Below are positions 51,379-63,834 of a DNA stretch of 64,000 nucleotides, piece after piece; the first letter of the stretch is position 1, and each line of letters starts with the position of its first letter. The notes beneath the pieces were generated by a model that was given only the letters and a program-made list of their open reading frames with translations, did no database searches and had not been told where the DNA came from. The translations under genes were made by a program, and so were the position numbers. This stretch comes from Octopus sinensis (taxonomy: Eukaryota): contig NC_043002.1 of assembly GCF_006345805.1 (NCBI RefSeq), positions 7,254,001 to 7,318,000 on the forward strand, in the 5' to 3' direction.

Positions 51379-52403
51379 GTGTAAACCGATGCTGTGAAAG
51401 TGCATCGCAATCATGATGCTAGCATTGTCGGGTCCTTCATCAAGACACTTCATTTCATATTGTTCCATTCTACTCAGCTATAATAACTATCAAGTGAGGA
51501 CTGGTGCAGCTCCAACGCTCCCTTCTCCATCTTTCTCTCTCACTAGCTTTCTATCTCTTTTACTCTTCTCTCTCTCCGTCTCTCACCCTCTCTCCTTCTA
51601 TCTGTCTATCTATGTGTTACACTCCAGATGTTTTGTTTTGCCAAGGTTGAAGGGAGAGAGATGGCACCTCTGCTCTCGATTACACGGGCAACTAAAAGAA
51701 ATAACGGAAGTAGGGTACATGTTATAAGGCCCACGCGCTGATTGTACTTGTAAGTGAGATTGGTCCTACTTATTAGTTGCTACAATAGGAATCAGTGCAA
51801 GTGGCGTCGAACAGTACGGGGACAACGTGTAGATAGAAATGATCAAGATGATTTCATATTTAATTACAGATTTCTAAATAACTGGCCGTACTTATTGTAG
51901 TTAGAATAAAAACTTGTGTATAACAATCTAACTTGGAAATCGATATAATAAGGGTTTCCAAAATTGGCGTGTGTGTGTGAGAGAGAGAGGGGGGGGGCAG
52001 TCGATTCCATTAACTTCAGTACTTGGCTCTTACTGTACAGAACCTAGGGAAAATTGAACGCGAAATGCAAAGGAGCAACAAGAAAATCCTTGATATAAAT
52101 TCGAAGATTTTACTCGTCGATGATGCCAAACTACAAAGAAATTAATATAGAAATTAACAAAGACATACTTTCCTTTTAGACACACACACACACACACTAT
52201 TCTTCATGATGCATATTGCTCAAAATTAGCGTAAACAAAAAAAGTATTTGACACAGTCAGCGGTAACATAATATCGATTTATTATTTATTGATTGATGCT
52301 ATTATCGATCGATAAATACTGAACCTGGCAAAATTCGCCGATGTTATCGTGTAAGTTTATAACCGAGTAACATACACATACACACACTCACATACTATCT
52401 ACA

Positions 52404-52434
<31 letters not shown>

Positions 52435-52714
52435 ATATAAACATCAAAGGCCTACCATGGTAAAATGGACTGCGTGAATAAATCTGAATAATAACAGGAA
52501 ATATAGTTTACACGAGGTAAGTAATCCATGTAGAATACACTGGAAATAATTTAAGATGATTGTAAAAAACTAATTGACACTATTAACCACTACAAATGCG
52601 TTTCGAGGTGTTCTGGAAGTTCATATTCTGGCAAAGTAGCTTTTAAATGTGGTATTTAGTTGCACCGTTTTACCTTAAACCGATTAGCTATAAAATATTG
52701 TTGGTATTATTAAC

Positions 52715-52928
52715 GCAGCAGGTTGGAAGAATCGTTAGCACGCTGAGCAGATTGCCGAGCGGTTTTTCGTCCGTCTCACGCTCTAAGTTCAAATTGCACC
52801 GAGGTCGACTGCCTTTCGTCCTTTCGAGGTCGATGCAATAAATGCTAGTTGAGCACTGTGGTCGATGTAATCGACTTATTACCGTCCCCGAAATTGCTGG
52901 CTTTATGCCAAAATTTGAAACCATTATT
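52715..52928 (+). mobile_element. Family A SINE, type-2 tail
   Basis: Core GAGGTCGACTGCCTTTCGTCCTTTCGAGGTCGAT; tail CCCCGAAATTGCTGGCTTTATGCCAAAATTTGAAACC. Confidence 0.85.
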
Positions 52929-53235
52929 GTTATTATTGAGCGATGAGATAGGTGAGTGCAAACCTATTTAGCCAGCCCCAAATATTTCTCAAGTATTGAC
53001 TTGACTTCTTGCAGGAACCGAATTATCTAAGTCAAGTTGTAAGTAGCAACAGCGTTGCACCCGAAATAATGCACATATTTACAATACAGTAAAGCAGCTA
53101 TGCTGTTGGTTTTACAGTTACCCTTGTGTCAGAAGATGTTCTCCTACCACAGTGACACAAAGTTTAATAGCCAGATGATAATGAGAATATACACGCATGC
53201 ACACACACACACACATAAATCACGAAATACATACC

Positions 53236-53443
53236 TATTTCTTTACTACCCACAAGGGGCTAAACACAGAGAGGACAAACAAGGACAGACAAACGGATTA
53301 AGTGCGTAACTGGTACTTATTTAATCGACCCCGAAAGGATGAAAGGCAAAGTCGACCTCGGCGGAACCTGAATCCAGAACGCAGAGGAAATACTGCTCAG
53401 CATTTCAGCCAGCGTGCTAACGTTTCTGCCAGCTCGCCGCCTT
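53236..53443 (-). mobile_element. Family A SINE, type-1 tail, with 20-bp TSD
   Basis: TAAATCACGAAATACATACC at 53216-53235 and 53444-53463. Confidence 0.93.
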
Positions 53444-54338
53444 TAAATCACGAAATACATACCGTCATTTTACAGAGGATCTTCGCCAGCCTCAATTTTG
53501 ATAACGGATTAAATGAGTCAAAATTGCTTTAAAAAGAGCACTCATTCTTATAAAGCCACATAACTTGTCATTCAGAAATCCTGTATATCAGGAGTTATAT
53601 AAATTAAATTTTTATTAAATTTTATTAAAATATTGTTGTATTTAGGAATAGTCATTTTGCCAGTTTAGCCAATAAAAACACACGCACTATATATTTGGTG
53701 TTACAGTGTCCTTCAGCTCCTTGCTATGGCTCACGTTGTTACGTTTATATATTTGTTTTGCACGATTTTTGATGTGAAATCGTGTGTTGAATAATAATAA
53801 TAATAATAATAATAATATAATAATAATAATAATAATAATAATTGTTCGTAAATAACTTTTGTAGACATGAAGTTTGTTATTCAGTCAATATGCTACACAC
53901 GAATCTTTAAATATTAAAATACAATATTTCATGGGATCCCAGAAATTTCTCACAGAGACCACATAGTGAGACAGTGTTCTAAATAGATACCTAATAAAAG
54001 TAACTATATATCGATGATGAAATAAATGACTCATTCTGGGATATGCCAACCCACACAGACAGAATGATAAAGGTTATTCACCCAATTTTAGAAATAATCG
54101 GGGAAAATAAAAAGAATAAGGAAGTATTTCCTAATCAATATGACAGTCCAAGTAGATATTATAATTCTCAGTGAAGTGTAGAAATTATCCACATTATAAA
54201 AATAAGTAAATGGAGTTATCGGGAATGTGAAGCTAAAAAGCGAATTTATCAATAAAAACAAGTGCCTTAAGAATTATGAAAAATCTATCGTTAAAGTTCC
54301 AGGACTTATAATATGCAGAAAGATACATAATAATGATA

Positions 54339-54495
54339 TTTTCTAAACTTGGCACAAAGCAATGGATAAGACGATTACATCGACCCCATTGTTTCAGTGG
54401 TACTTAATTTATCGACCCCGAAAGGATGTAAAACAAAGTCGGCCTCGGCGGAATTTGAACTCAGAATGTGAATAATAATAATAATAATAATAATA

Positions 54496-54531
<36 letters not shown>

Positions 54532-54938
54532 AATATTATTATTATTTCTACTGGAAGCACAAGGCCTCAAATTTTGTGGGAAGGGATTAATTCGATTACA
54601 TCGACCCCAGTGTGTAACTGGTACTTACTTAATCGACCCCGAAAGGATGAAAATCAAGGTCGACCTCGATGGAATTTGAACTCCGAATGTAGCAACAGGC
54701 GAAATACCTATTTCTTTATTACCCACAAGGGGCTAAACACAGAGGGGACAAACAAGGAAAGACATAGGAATTAAGTCGATTACATCGACCCCAATGCGTA
54801 ACTGGTACTTAATTTATCGACCCCGAAAGGATGAAAGGCAAAGTCGACCTCGGCGGAATTTGAACTCACAACGTAACGCAGACGAAATACCGCTAGGCAT
54901 TTCGCCCGGCGTGCTAACGTTTCTGCCAGCTCGCCGTC
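54339..54938 (-). mobile_element. Cluster of three same-orientation family A SINEs separated by (AAT/TTA)n
   Basis: Copies at about 54339-54470, 54545-54705 and 54708-54938. Confidence 0.88.
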
Positions 54939-54986
54939 TTAATAATAATAATCATGAAAACAACAACAACAACAATAATAATAATA

Positions 54987-55017
<31 letters not shown>

Positions 55018-55930
55018 AATGATAATAATAATAATAATAATAATTGTTCGTAAATAAACTTTTGTAGACATGATGTTTGTTATTCAGTCAATATGCTACA
55101 CACGAATCTTTCTACTTTTTTTTATAGGTCAATCAGTGAATAAGCATTTGTTTGATCATTCATACATTATTTGTTAGCTGTCACCCGATTTTTCAACTTG
55201 CATTCTAATCGGTTGCCTACTTATTTCTAGTTGATTGCTTTCAAAGTATTCTTACATACAATGTAAATATGCCAAATAAGCATTATTACAGTTTTATCAA
55301 CCACAAAAACTTATGTTAACGATATAAAAAGAATTGTTATTTTGTTGGTGCTTTTTAATATTACTAACGAAAAGTATTAACAAAAAATACAGTGATCTTA
55401 TGCAATAATTTAATATATGTTGCTATGTAGATCTGAAAAGATTAACATTTAAATTCGAGGTTGTTTAACGTTCATCAACAGGTTTATGCATTCATGTACG
55501 TATTTATCTGACTTACGGAAACAACTGAAGACGAAACTAATATATGTTTACATTTTGCAGTTTAGTTACAGAGGAAACGACAGCACCCATGAGTCAGGGT
55601 CTCCATAACCGGTACCAGGATGGAAATTTTCCTCAAACTGGATAACGAGTCCAAAGGCTTGCAATAGACTAAAGTCCACTCCGACATAAATCACCCAAAA
55701 TCAGGCGGTGTTGTCAAATCGGATGAATGATTACATCTGCCAGAGAAAAACTCAGAATGCAAGTATCTGCAATAAATACGACTTCTAACAATTCCGCCAT
55801 TCCACTGCCCAGGAGCTGTACTTTAAGATATAGCTGACCTCAGTGAGATTTGAACGCATGCGTAGAGAGCCGGTACAAAGACCGCAATATATGTTAACAC
55901 AAGCTTTAACGACTCTGCTAATTCGACGCT

Positions 55931-56073
55931 TGGCGTTAAGAAGGGCATCCAGCTGTAGAAACACTGCCAGATCAGATAGAAGCCTGGTGCAGCCTCCTGG
56001 CTTCCCAGACCCCGGTCAAACCGTCTAGCCCATGCCAGCATGGAAAACGGACGTTAAACGATGATGATGATGA
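55931..56073 (+). mobile_element. 3' part of a SINE or LINE with (GAT)n tail (family D)
   Basis: TGGCGTTAAGAAGGGCATCCAGCTGTAGAAAC...CCCATGCCAGCATGGAAAACGGACGTTAAACGATGATGATG; the tail recurs at 63790-63834. Confidence 0.8.
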
Positions 56074-56894
56074 GATGCACCATTGAGACTATTATTGGGG
56101 AAGCTGGATTTTTAAAACTACTTAGAAGAGTTGCATTTGTTGAAGATTATTAGTGTTATCATCATCATCAAGATAAGGGTGACGAGTTGGCAGAATCGTT
56201 AGAGCGGTAGAAAAAAATATTTTCAGTATTTCAACCGGCTATCTTCCTTCTGAGTTCAAATTCTTTCGATGTCAGCTTTGCGTCTCACACTACTGGCTCG
56301 ATAAAACAAAGAACAAATTTTGTACTGAGGTCGATGGTATCTACAAAACTTCTATCCTCAAAACTGCAGGCTTTGCGTCTAAAGTAGAAATAATTATAAC
56401 CAGATAAGATAATAATAATATGCCGCGGTTGATGATAGGCAGTGAAAATATCTTGTGGAATTTAGTTACAGCTCTTTAGCTTCTGAGATCAAATCACGAT
56501 GAGGTTGACTTTTCCTTTTGTGGTTGGTTGATAAAACACGTACTAGTCATGTACTAGAGCCAACGGGCTCGATTAAAAGCCTCCAATCAAAACTGTTGGC
56601 CTTGAGCCTGAATTGGAAGCCATTATTAATATTGAATTCCTATACTAGTACAGTGCCGCAACACATTGAAATGAGCGGAGTGTGTATTCAGTTGTATTGA
56701 CACAGGGTTGATAGTCTACCTTGGAGGTGGGGGATGAAATATAGGAAAACTCAAAGCTGATTCCAGCGGAATTTAAATTCAAGATGTATAAGACTGAGAG
56801 TTAACCAGGCGTTCTATCACCATATGTTTTGCTTAATATTGATCGATTGATTAATTGATTAGCCTTGTAAATAGACGGTGGCACATGAATCTTA

Positions 56895-56957
56895 GGTATG
56901 TATGTATATACGCATATATATATATATACACGTGTATATATATACATATACATACAC

Positions 56958-57013
<56 letters not shown>

Positions 57014-57170
57014 GTGTATATATATATATATATATATATATACACGTGTGTATATATATATATACATACACGTGTATATATATATATATAATATATATAT
57101 ATATATATACACGTGTATATATATATATATACACGTGTATATATATATTATATATATATATTTATATATA
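56895..57170. repeat. (TA)n minisatellite punctuated by ACACGTGT
   Basis: ACACGTGT or TACACGTG recurs about seven times between (TA)n runs. Confidence 0.85.
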
Positions 57171-57557
57171 TTTGTGTGTGTGTGCGCGCGCTAGTAGATG
57201 CGCATATACACATACATTCATAGATGTGTGTATATATTAATTCAGCTAAATATAAATTTTGGTATCTTTTTTTGATTATGGCTTACTTAGTTCTCTCACT
57301 CACTAACTGCGAGTGTGTGCGTGCTCGAGCGCATGCGCACTTATGTATATGACTTGAAATAGAGTAACTCCTCGACAAAATTATTAACAAAATATATTGA
57401 ACGAACAATTTGAACGTGAGTGTTGTTGAACTTCAACACCTGGAAGAGAGGTGAAATTTTCACGGCGAAAAAAAAACAACTTTTTAATGAGATATTGGGG
57501 CTGTCATACAGAAGTAGATCGGTTGTTCACAATGCAAGTATTAGTACCTAAACATAT

Positions 57558-57996
57558 GCGTTGGCAATGATTTGAGATGTTTTAGAGTATTTAATAGTTA
57601 TTCTTTTCGTGGTCGTCTTTACGTTCTGAGTTCAAATTCCGCCGAGGTCGACTTTGCCTTTCATTATTTTGGGGTCAATAAAACTAGTATCAGTTGAATA
57701 CTAGGGTCAATGTAGTCGACTAGCTTCTCCCCGAAATTGCTGGATTGTGTCAAAATTTGAAACCAATATTTTGCAGGTTTAAGGTTGCGAGCTAGAAGAA
57801 TCGTTAGCACGCCAGGCAAAATGCACAGAGGAATTCGGTCTGTTTTTACGCTGAGCTAAAATGCTGTTGAGATCTACTTTGCCTTTCATCCTTTTGGGGT
57901 TGAAAAAAATACCATTTGAGTATTGGGGGTCGATATAATCAACTTAGACCCTGCTTCGAAAATACTAGCCCTGTATCAAAATTTGAAAGCAATATT
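57558..57996 (+). mobile_element. Tandem pair of degenerate family A SINEs (type-2 tail)
   Basis: Two cores (TACGTTCTGAGTTCAAATTCCGCCGAGGTCGACTTTGCC; CTACTTTGCCTTTCATCC), each ending CAAAATTTGAAA(C/G)CAATATT. Confidence 0.8.
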
Positions 57997-58564
57997 TTAT
58001 TGGTTTTACTCAATGGATTGTGGCACTTTCAGGCAACAGATTAAAGGGTTTAACCCATATAAGATCATAATATTTTGCTTAATTATTGTTTAGTTGCGGT
58101 CTTCGACCCGAGTGGGATTTGAACTAAGAAAGAGAAGGACTGTATTCAAATATAACAAGTTATTTTAGTTACTAAACTCTAAGTTTAACCCACAAAGTTT
58201 TGTTCAACGTGAAACATTGGCAGATGTCGCGTAGTAAGATCGAAGACAGATACACATGAAGTGAACTCCATTTTATCGGGTAATCTAGAATTAATTTAAG
58301 AACTCCGAGCCGCCCATGAACAAACAAGAGTATTTTCATACATGAACGCAATTCATTTGGTCCTGTTATAATTTTACAGAATAAACTCGAACTAGGTACA
58401 GCAAGTTACTTATAAAAACCTTGACAATTGCACAAGACCCAAATTATCTGCAATGACGGGTCGAACTTGATAAACAGTGCATATTTTTCAGTTAGGCAAG
58501 TCCTTGTATTTGTGAATAATGCGTTGTACCGATGGCGGAATACATATAAACAACGCTTCGATTG

Positions 58565-58595
<31 letters not shown>

Positions 58596-59763
58596 CATAT
58601 TTGAAGCAAATGAGTTATATCAACAATATGTTGTAGCCAATATTACAAGAATATGTAGAATTACATTATAACATGTCTAAGTCTCGAAAATTGATACATT
58701 TTTACGACAAAACGAAAATCTAGTTCGTATTTCTATTGCTTTTAGATTATTGACTTTTATAAATTAAATAGTTTGAATTATTCAAATGGCAGAGACAAGA
58801 AGAACCTTATTTCCTTAATGTAATCGCATTGAGTATGGTGTCCTTCAGACGTAACATCATATCATCGATTTTTATAGTTTTGCTGGAAGTAAATATTTAT
58901 AAAGATCACAGGAATTCATACTTCAAAAGACAGAGACATCGTCATCAAACGTCACTATTGAGAATTGTAATAACATCAATCTTGCTGATCTTCTAGCAGT
59001 ACGAATCCCTTCATCCTCTCCCCCAACATTATCGCGAGACTTAATACTTTTTCTCTGCAAATCATGTTTGATCTTCACCAGAGATCTCTCCTGCACATGA
59101 CAGACAGACAGAGAGAGAAGAGGGTGGACTGTCCCCCTTCAACCATACGTGATCTCGTGTACTTTTACATTCCCTATACGGTTACCTCCACGTTCACTAA
59201 TTTACAATTTTTCCTATACGTTTCACAACTGTTACTAGATGCTACATGCATTTAGTACGCCTGTGTGCGTGCATATGTTTTACTCAAGTACCAGAAACAA
59301 ATATAGATATGAACAGAATACCTAATTTTTATTTAGCGAATGCATCTCTCTTTTTTTGCCATATTTTATCTCTATGCCGTGGTAGAATCTTTTTTCCAGT
59401 GCACAGAAACCAACTTTTTATCAACCGATTGCAACAACAAATTCCCAAGTATAAAAGCTTTGAAATTGTCATTAAGAAACCAAACGTTTTTGCAAGACGA
59501 AGACGAAATCTTATCAAGTATCTGATTCAGATGTTAGCTTTATAATTACGTGGTTCCGGATTCGGTTCCATTATAATACATTTTGAACCAATGTATTCTT
59601 CTATAATATATGCAAAGATAACGGCACTGTTTCGCTGTCTTCGACTATCTCTACGTACGGAGTGCTTTAGCAACAGACATTAGTAGACGTGTTACAGGAG
59701 TACAGCCTGAATTTTGTTTCGGGGCCTAACACAATGAATACCTCAGTTATATATATATACACA

Positions 59764-60631
59764 CACGTGGGGGTACCCAAAAGAAATCGGAATTTTGCAA
59801 TGTTATTTTATTTACTTAGTTTTACATTCTTACACTTTTATTGCATTTAAAGTATCCTCCATTTGAACCAATGCCTCTGTCCAGATGCGTTTTCCTCTGT
59901 TTGAAGCAATGCTGGAACTCTTGCGAAGTGATGCCTTTTAATGCCTCCGTCGTTTTCTTTCTTCATCTCTTCCACATCTGCAAATTCCTTTCCACCACCT
60001 TTTATCACCAGTGATGACCTTCGAAAAAAGGCCCAGATCAACCTCCAACTGTTCTTGCAGCTCCCGACACGTATTTAGTCGTGACTATTTTTGATCTTCC
60101 GTGAGCAGGCGAGATACAAATTTGCTGCAACTCGTTTCATTCGTCATTTCTCGCTCAAAATTCGATGGAAGAGCTACAGGACACACCAATCAAAACAAGT
60201 TCGTCATCTGTTCGGTGACGGTGCTTTCATTCGTTGGGAGGTCGACAGTCGCCCTGAACGAGGCTGGTCTTCAAGTGACAAATGACCACTCCTAAATCGT
60301 GAAAACCATTCGTAAACGTGTTTTACTCATGGCAGCGTGCTTGTAAGTTGTTTGAAGCATTACAACTATTTCGGCCGCCGTTTCCCTCAGCAGAAAACAG
60401 ACTTTTACGGAAGCACGCTTTTTGTACGTTTCAGGAATCGCAAAAATCAACGAACAGGAAAGCACTGCAAAACAAAGACACGTCACGAAGCAGTACGACG
60501 TAAGTCAACGACACCGGTGGGTAGACTGATGCTCGAGGGTAGCATCAAGTAGATACTTCTAGCAGAAACCCGAAATACAACGGGCTTGTCTCACAGACAC
60601 GATTTCCGGTAGATTTTGGGTACCACTCCTA
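59764..60631 (-). mobile_element. Internally deleted mariner transposon with degenerate TIRs
   Basis: Minus strand with frameshifts: ASVKVCFLLRETAAEIVVMLQTTYKHAAMSKTR(V)YEWFSRFRSGHLSLEDQPRSGR...LFSKVITGD...FADVEEMKK(K)TTEALKGITSQEFQHCF...LDRGIGSNGGYF (mariner N-terminal HTH and C-terminus). Ends GGGGGTACCCAAAAGAAATCGGAAT (59769-59793) vs ATTTCCGGTAGATTTTGGGTACCACTCC (60602-60629). Confidence 0.88.
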
Positions 60632-60675
60632 AATATATATATATATCTATATATATATATATATATATATATATA

Positions 60676-60780
60676 AGTTAATCCAAACAAGAAAACACAG
60701 AAAAAAAGAGAAAACCACAGCAACGCAGGACGTGGAACAATTAAAGTATTATTGACGCTCAGGAAAGAAGGGAATGTATG
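60676..60780 (-). mobile_element. Truncated member of the (TA)n-flanked CCTGAGCG family, without the hammerhead-like part
   Basis: TTCCTGAGCGTCAATAATACTTTAATTGTTCCA...TTTGGATTAA matches 21838-21910. Confidence 0.7.
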
Positions 60781-60939
60781 CGATGAATTGAGAACCGATG
60801 ACGAGTGATAATTCTGTAAATAACAATAATAGTCTAATATTGGGGCATATAAGCCCTCGACGGAAGAAAGTGGGATTTTCCGTATGCATGGGACTCGAAC
60901 ACACAGCTATATATATTTGCGATGATGGTAGCACACTTA

Positions 60940-61152
60940 TCGCGAAATTGGGGTCGTTAGCATCCCGGGGATAATACTTAGCGGTATTTCATCCGTCTTT
61001 ACGTCCTGAGTTCAAATCCCACCAAGGTCGACTTTGTCTTTTATCCTTTTCGAGTCGATAAAATAAGTATCAGTTGCACACTGGAGTCGCTGTCATCGAC
61101 TTACGCTCTCCTTCGAAATTGCTGGCCTTGTGCCAAAATATAAAAGCAATAT
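60940..61152 (+). mobile_element. Family A SINE, type-2 tail
   Basis: TACGTCCTGAGTTCAAATCCCACCAAGGTCGACTTTGTC...GAAATTGCTGGCCTTGTGCCAAAAT. Confidence 0.85.
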
Positions 61153-61556
61153 TTGTAACTTCTGCATTCTGTCCATCAATTGACTCTGAGAAATGACTGT
61201 CATGTTATAAGAAACATTTTGAGTAAAATGAATTGCCCGAAATGTTGATAAGTTAGGAATCTATAATTAACCTGGTGATCTTTTTTGAAAGCGAACTCTA
61301 CATACCATCATTAGATACTATCTACTCAGAACACACACACATACATACATATATACAACAAAGAAAATATTCGAAGAAATAGAAATTAGCTCTTTTACTC
61401 TGGTGTCATACAAAGCATGTAATCATATTCAACTCTCTTAAGAATATTATGCTTTCTACTTTGTAAATTGCCTTATTTCTACTTAATTAATTTCGCATAA
61501 GACACACACTATACATACATACAGACAGACAGAGAGGGTAAATAGAGAGAGAGTAA

Positions 61557-61588
<32 letters not shown>

Positions 61589-61609
61589 GCAGGTAGGTTG
61601 GTAGGTATG

Positions 61610-61648
<39 letters not shown>

Positions 61649-61661
61649 GCAGGTAGGTATG

Positions 61662-61746
<85 letters not shown>

Positions 61747-62591
61747 TACTTTCGGTCTCACGACTGAATAAAAAGTCTCAAATTCACATGGCCGACAAAC
61801 CAGAATTCCAAAAGAATGAAAGACCAAATGTTCAGGACATCAACATTTTGGACTAAAATCTAAAAATCTGTTTTAAAAACATTTAATCATAATTCGAGAA
61901 ACATAGTAACATGTTTGCCTTTTCTTAATATGAGATTAGTTTTAAAATAATGTGTATTTGAGAAATAAAGCTGATTTATCCTGTTTATTATATTATCTCA
62001 GTTTAAAGGTTTTTCAGGAAAATAACAGGTTAAATGGTCTAAACACACTTTTATTTAAGAAACATTTCATATAAATATTTTTCTTATTATCCCGTGTCAA
62101 AATAAGAAAAGCAAGCGAGATACAGTGAGCACATTTAAGTAATAATAATAATAATAATAATATAATAATAGTAATATAGATTAGGGATTCTATGTCGATG
62201 ACAAAAGCAAAAATTGAAATATTGTATTTAATCGAAAACTTCGTTCTTTAAATTCTTACGTTATTGAATGTTTTTGCTTTTCTTTGAATACAAAATATGA
62301 AAATGCAAAACGATTATGAATATTGATAGACGAAGATGAATATTGATAGACTCGTGCACTTGTTTTATCTGCCTTTGCCTTCATTCTTTCGCTTCATAAT
62401 ACCGACATATAAAATCCGGTCTTTTAATCATTATCTACGTTTCTATTAAAAGAATGGAGAATATTCAACAAGGAGAAAAAGATGGAAATATTCAATAAAT
62501 AAACTTTTCAGATTTTGCTTTTATCTTTGATGTCGTATCCCTGCTCTAAACGATTCTTATTCTTTCTTCTTCTTATTATTATTATCACTGA

Positions 62592-62806
62592 AAGGCGGGT
62601 GAGCAGACAGGATCGTTAAGATGGCGGACGAAATGCTTAGCGACATTCCGTCCATCTTTAAGAGTTTAAATTCCACCGAGGTCGACTTTGCTTTACATAC
62701 TTTCTGGGGTGGTAAAATAAGTACAAGTCAAGCACTGGCGTCGACGAAGACGACTTACCCACTCCCCCGAAATTGCTGGTCTTGTGCCAAAATTTGAAAG
62801 CATTAT
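62592..62806 (+). mobile_element. Family A SINE, type-2 tail
   Basis: AAGGCGGGTGAG head, GAGGTCGACTTTGC core, CCCCGAAATTGCTGGTCTTGTGCCAAAATTTGAAAG tail. Confidence 0.85.
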
Positions 62807-63789
62807 TATTATTAAGTAAATATGCACATTGTATCTCGCTGCTCGTTGTTATTCTGACGTAGCGCACTAAAAGTATTTGTTATAATAAACTGCTTTTCAA
62901 AATCCTAAAGAACGTTTAATACATTATTTTACACAAATCATTTTAAAAATATTCGGTCTACTGAGTATTCGACCTTTCAGTGTTTAAGTATTCTAATTTT
63001 TAGGTCATTTCAATTTGGCCTTCTCGTGTTCCCCCAAAACGGCACCTATGTTATAAACATATACATCCGTTAGTGCACATATAATACCGGAGCGTAGAAG
63101 ATTTTCTTTTACTCAAGACATATCTATTCGATCAGTTTCTCAGCAGGAGAGATTACCTCAATTTACCTTTTATGTGTGAAACTGATTGTGCGTCGAGCAA
63201 ACAATGAGCAGAGTTTTCTGGTTCAGCGAAAATATAAAACGTGTGTGTATGTGTGTGTGTGTGTGTGTGTCTGTGTCTGTGTGTATGTGTGCATCCAATT
63301 GCATTTGTGTGCTTTTAGTCTCATTTCAGAACAATAACATCTTCGATATTCATTCCCGCAAAAGCAGTATGGCGACAAAAGAGATAAAAATTATGAAAAT
63401 ATATATACATAGACAAATGGCGAATCACTGCTTCAGTGAATTGTTCTTGGTGAAAATATCTCACAACCAGATATATATTACAAACACATAAATATGTGTG
63501 TGTGTATGTATGCGCGCGCAAGTATATGTCTGTGTGTGTTAAGTAGGAACACCTCTCTTTTCGGACACTTGGTGTAAGACGCGAGTGCGTTGGAGTTTCC
63601 TATTTGTCTATGACATATAATTTGTATGCTCTTGTTTTATTTTAAATAAAAAAAATTAAATATTAAAATAAAACAGTGTTCTATCATGTTTATGCATATA
63701 TTTATATTATATCATATCAAATATATATATATACACACATAATATATATACACACATATATATATATATATATACATACACATAGTTAT

Positions 63790-63834
63790 AACCCATGCTA
63801 GCATGGAGAACGGACGTTAAACGATGATGATGAT
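63790..63834 (+). mobile_element. Tail-only copy of family D inside (TA)n
   Basis: ACCCATGCTAGCATGGAGAACGGACGTTAAACGATGATGATGAT, near-identical to the last ~45 bp of the 55931-56073 copy. Confidence 0.85.

Noticed and set aside
52041-52145. Plus-strand CAG|NLGKIEREMQRSNKKILDINSKILLVDDAKLQRN*
   Set aside because: No donor, no recognisable homology; compatible with chance or a decayed transposon.
12756-63521. Numerous YI/CV/HT/LS/II/VV-rich ORFs in the track
   Set aside because: These are translations of di-, tri- and tetranucleotide repeats, with no domain signal.
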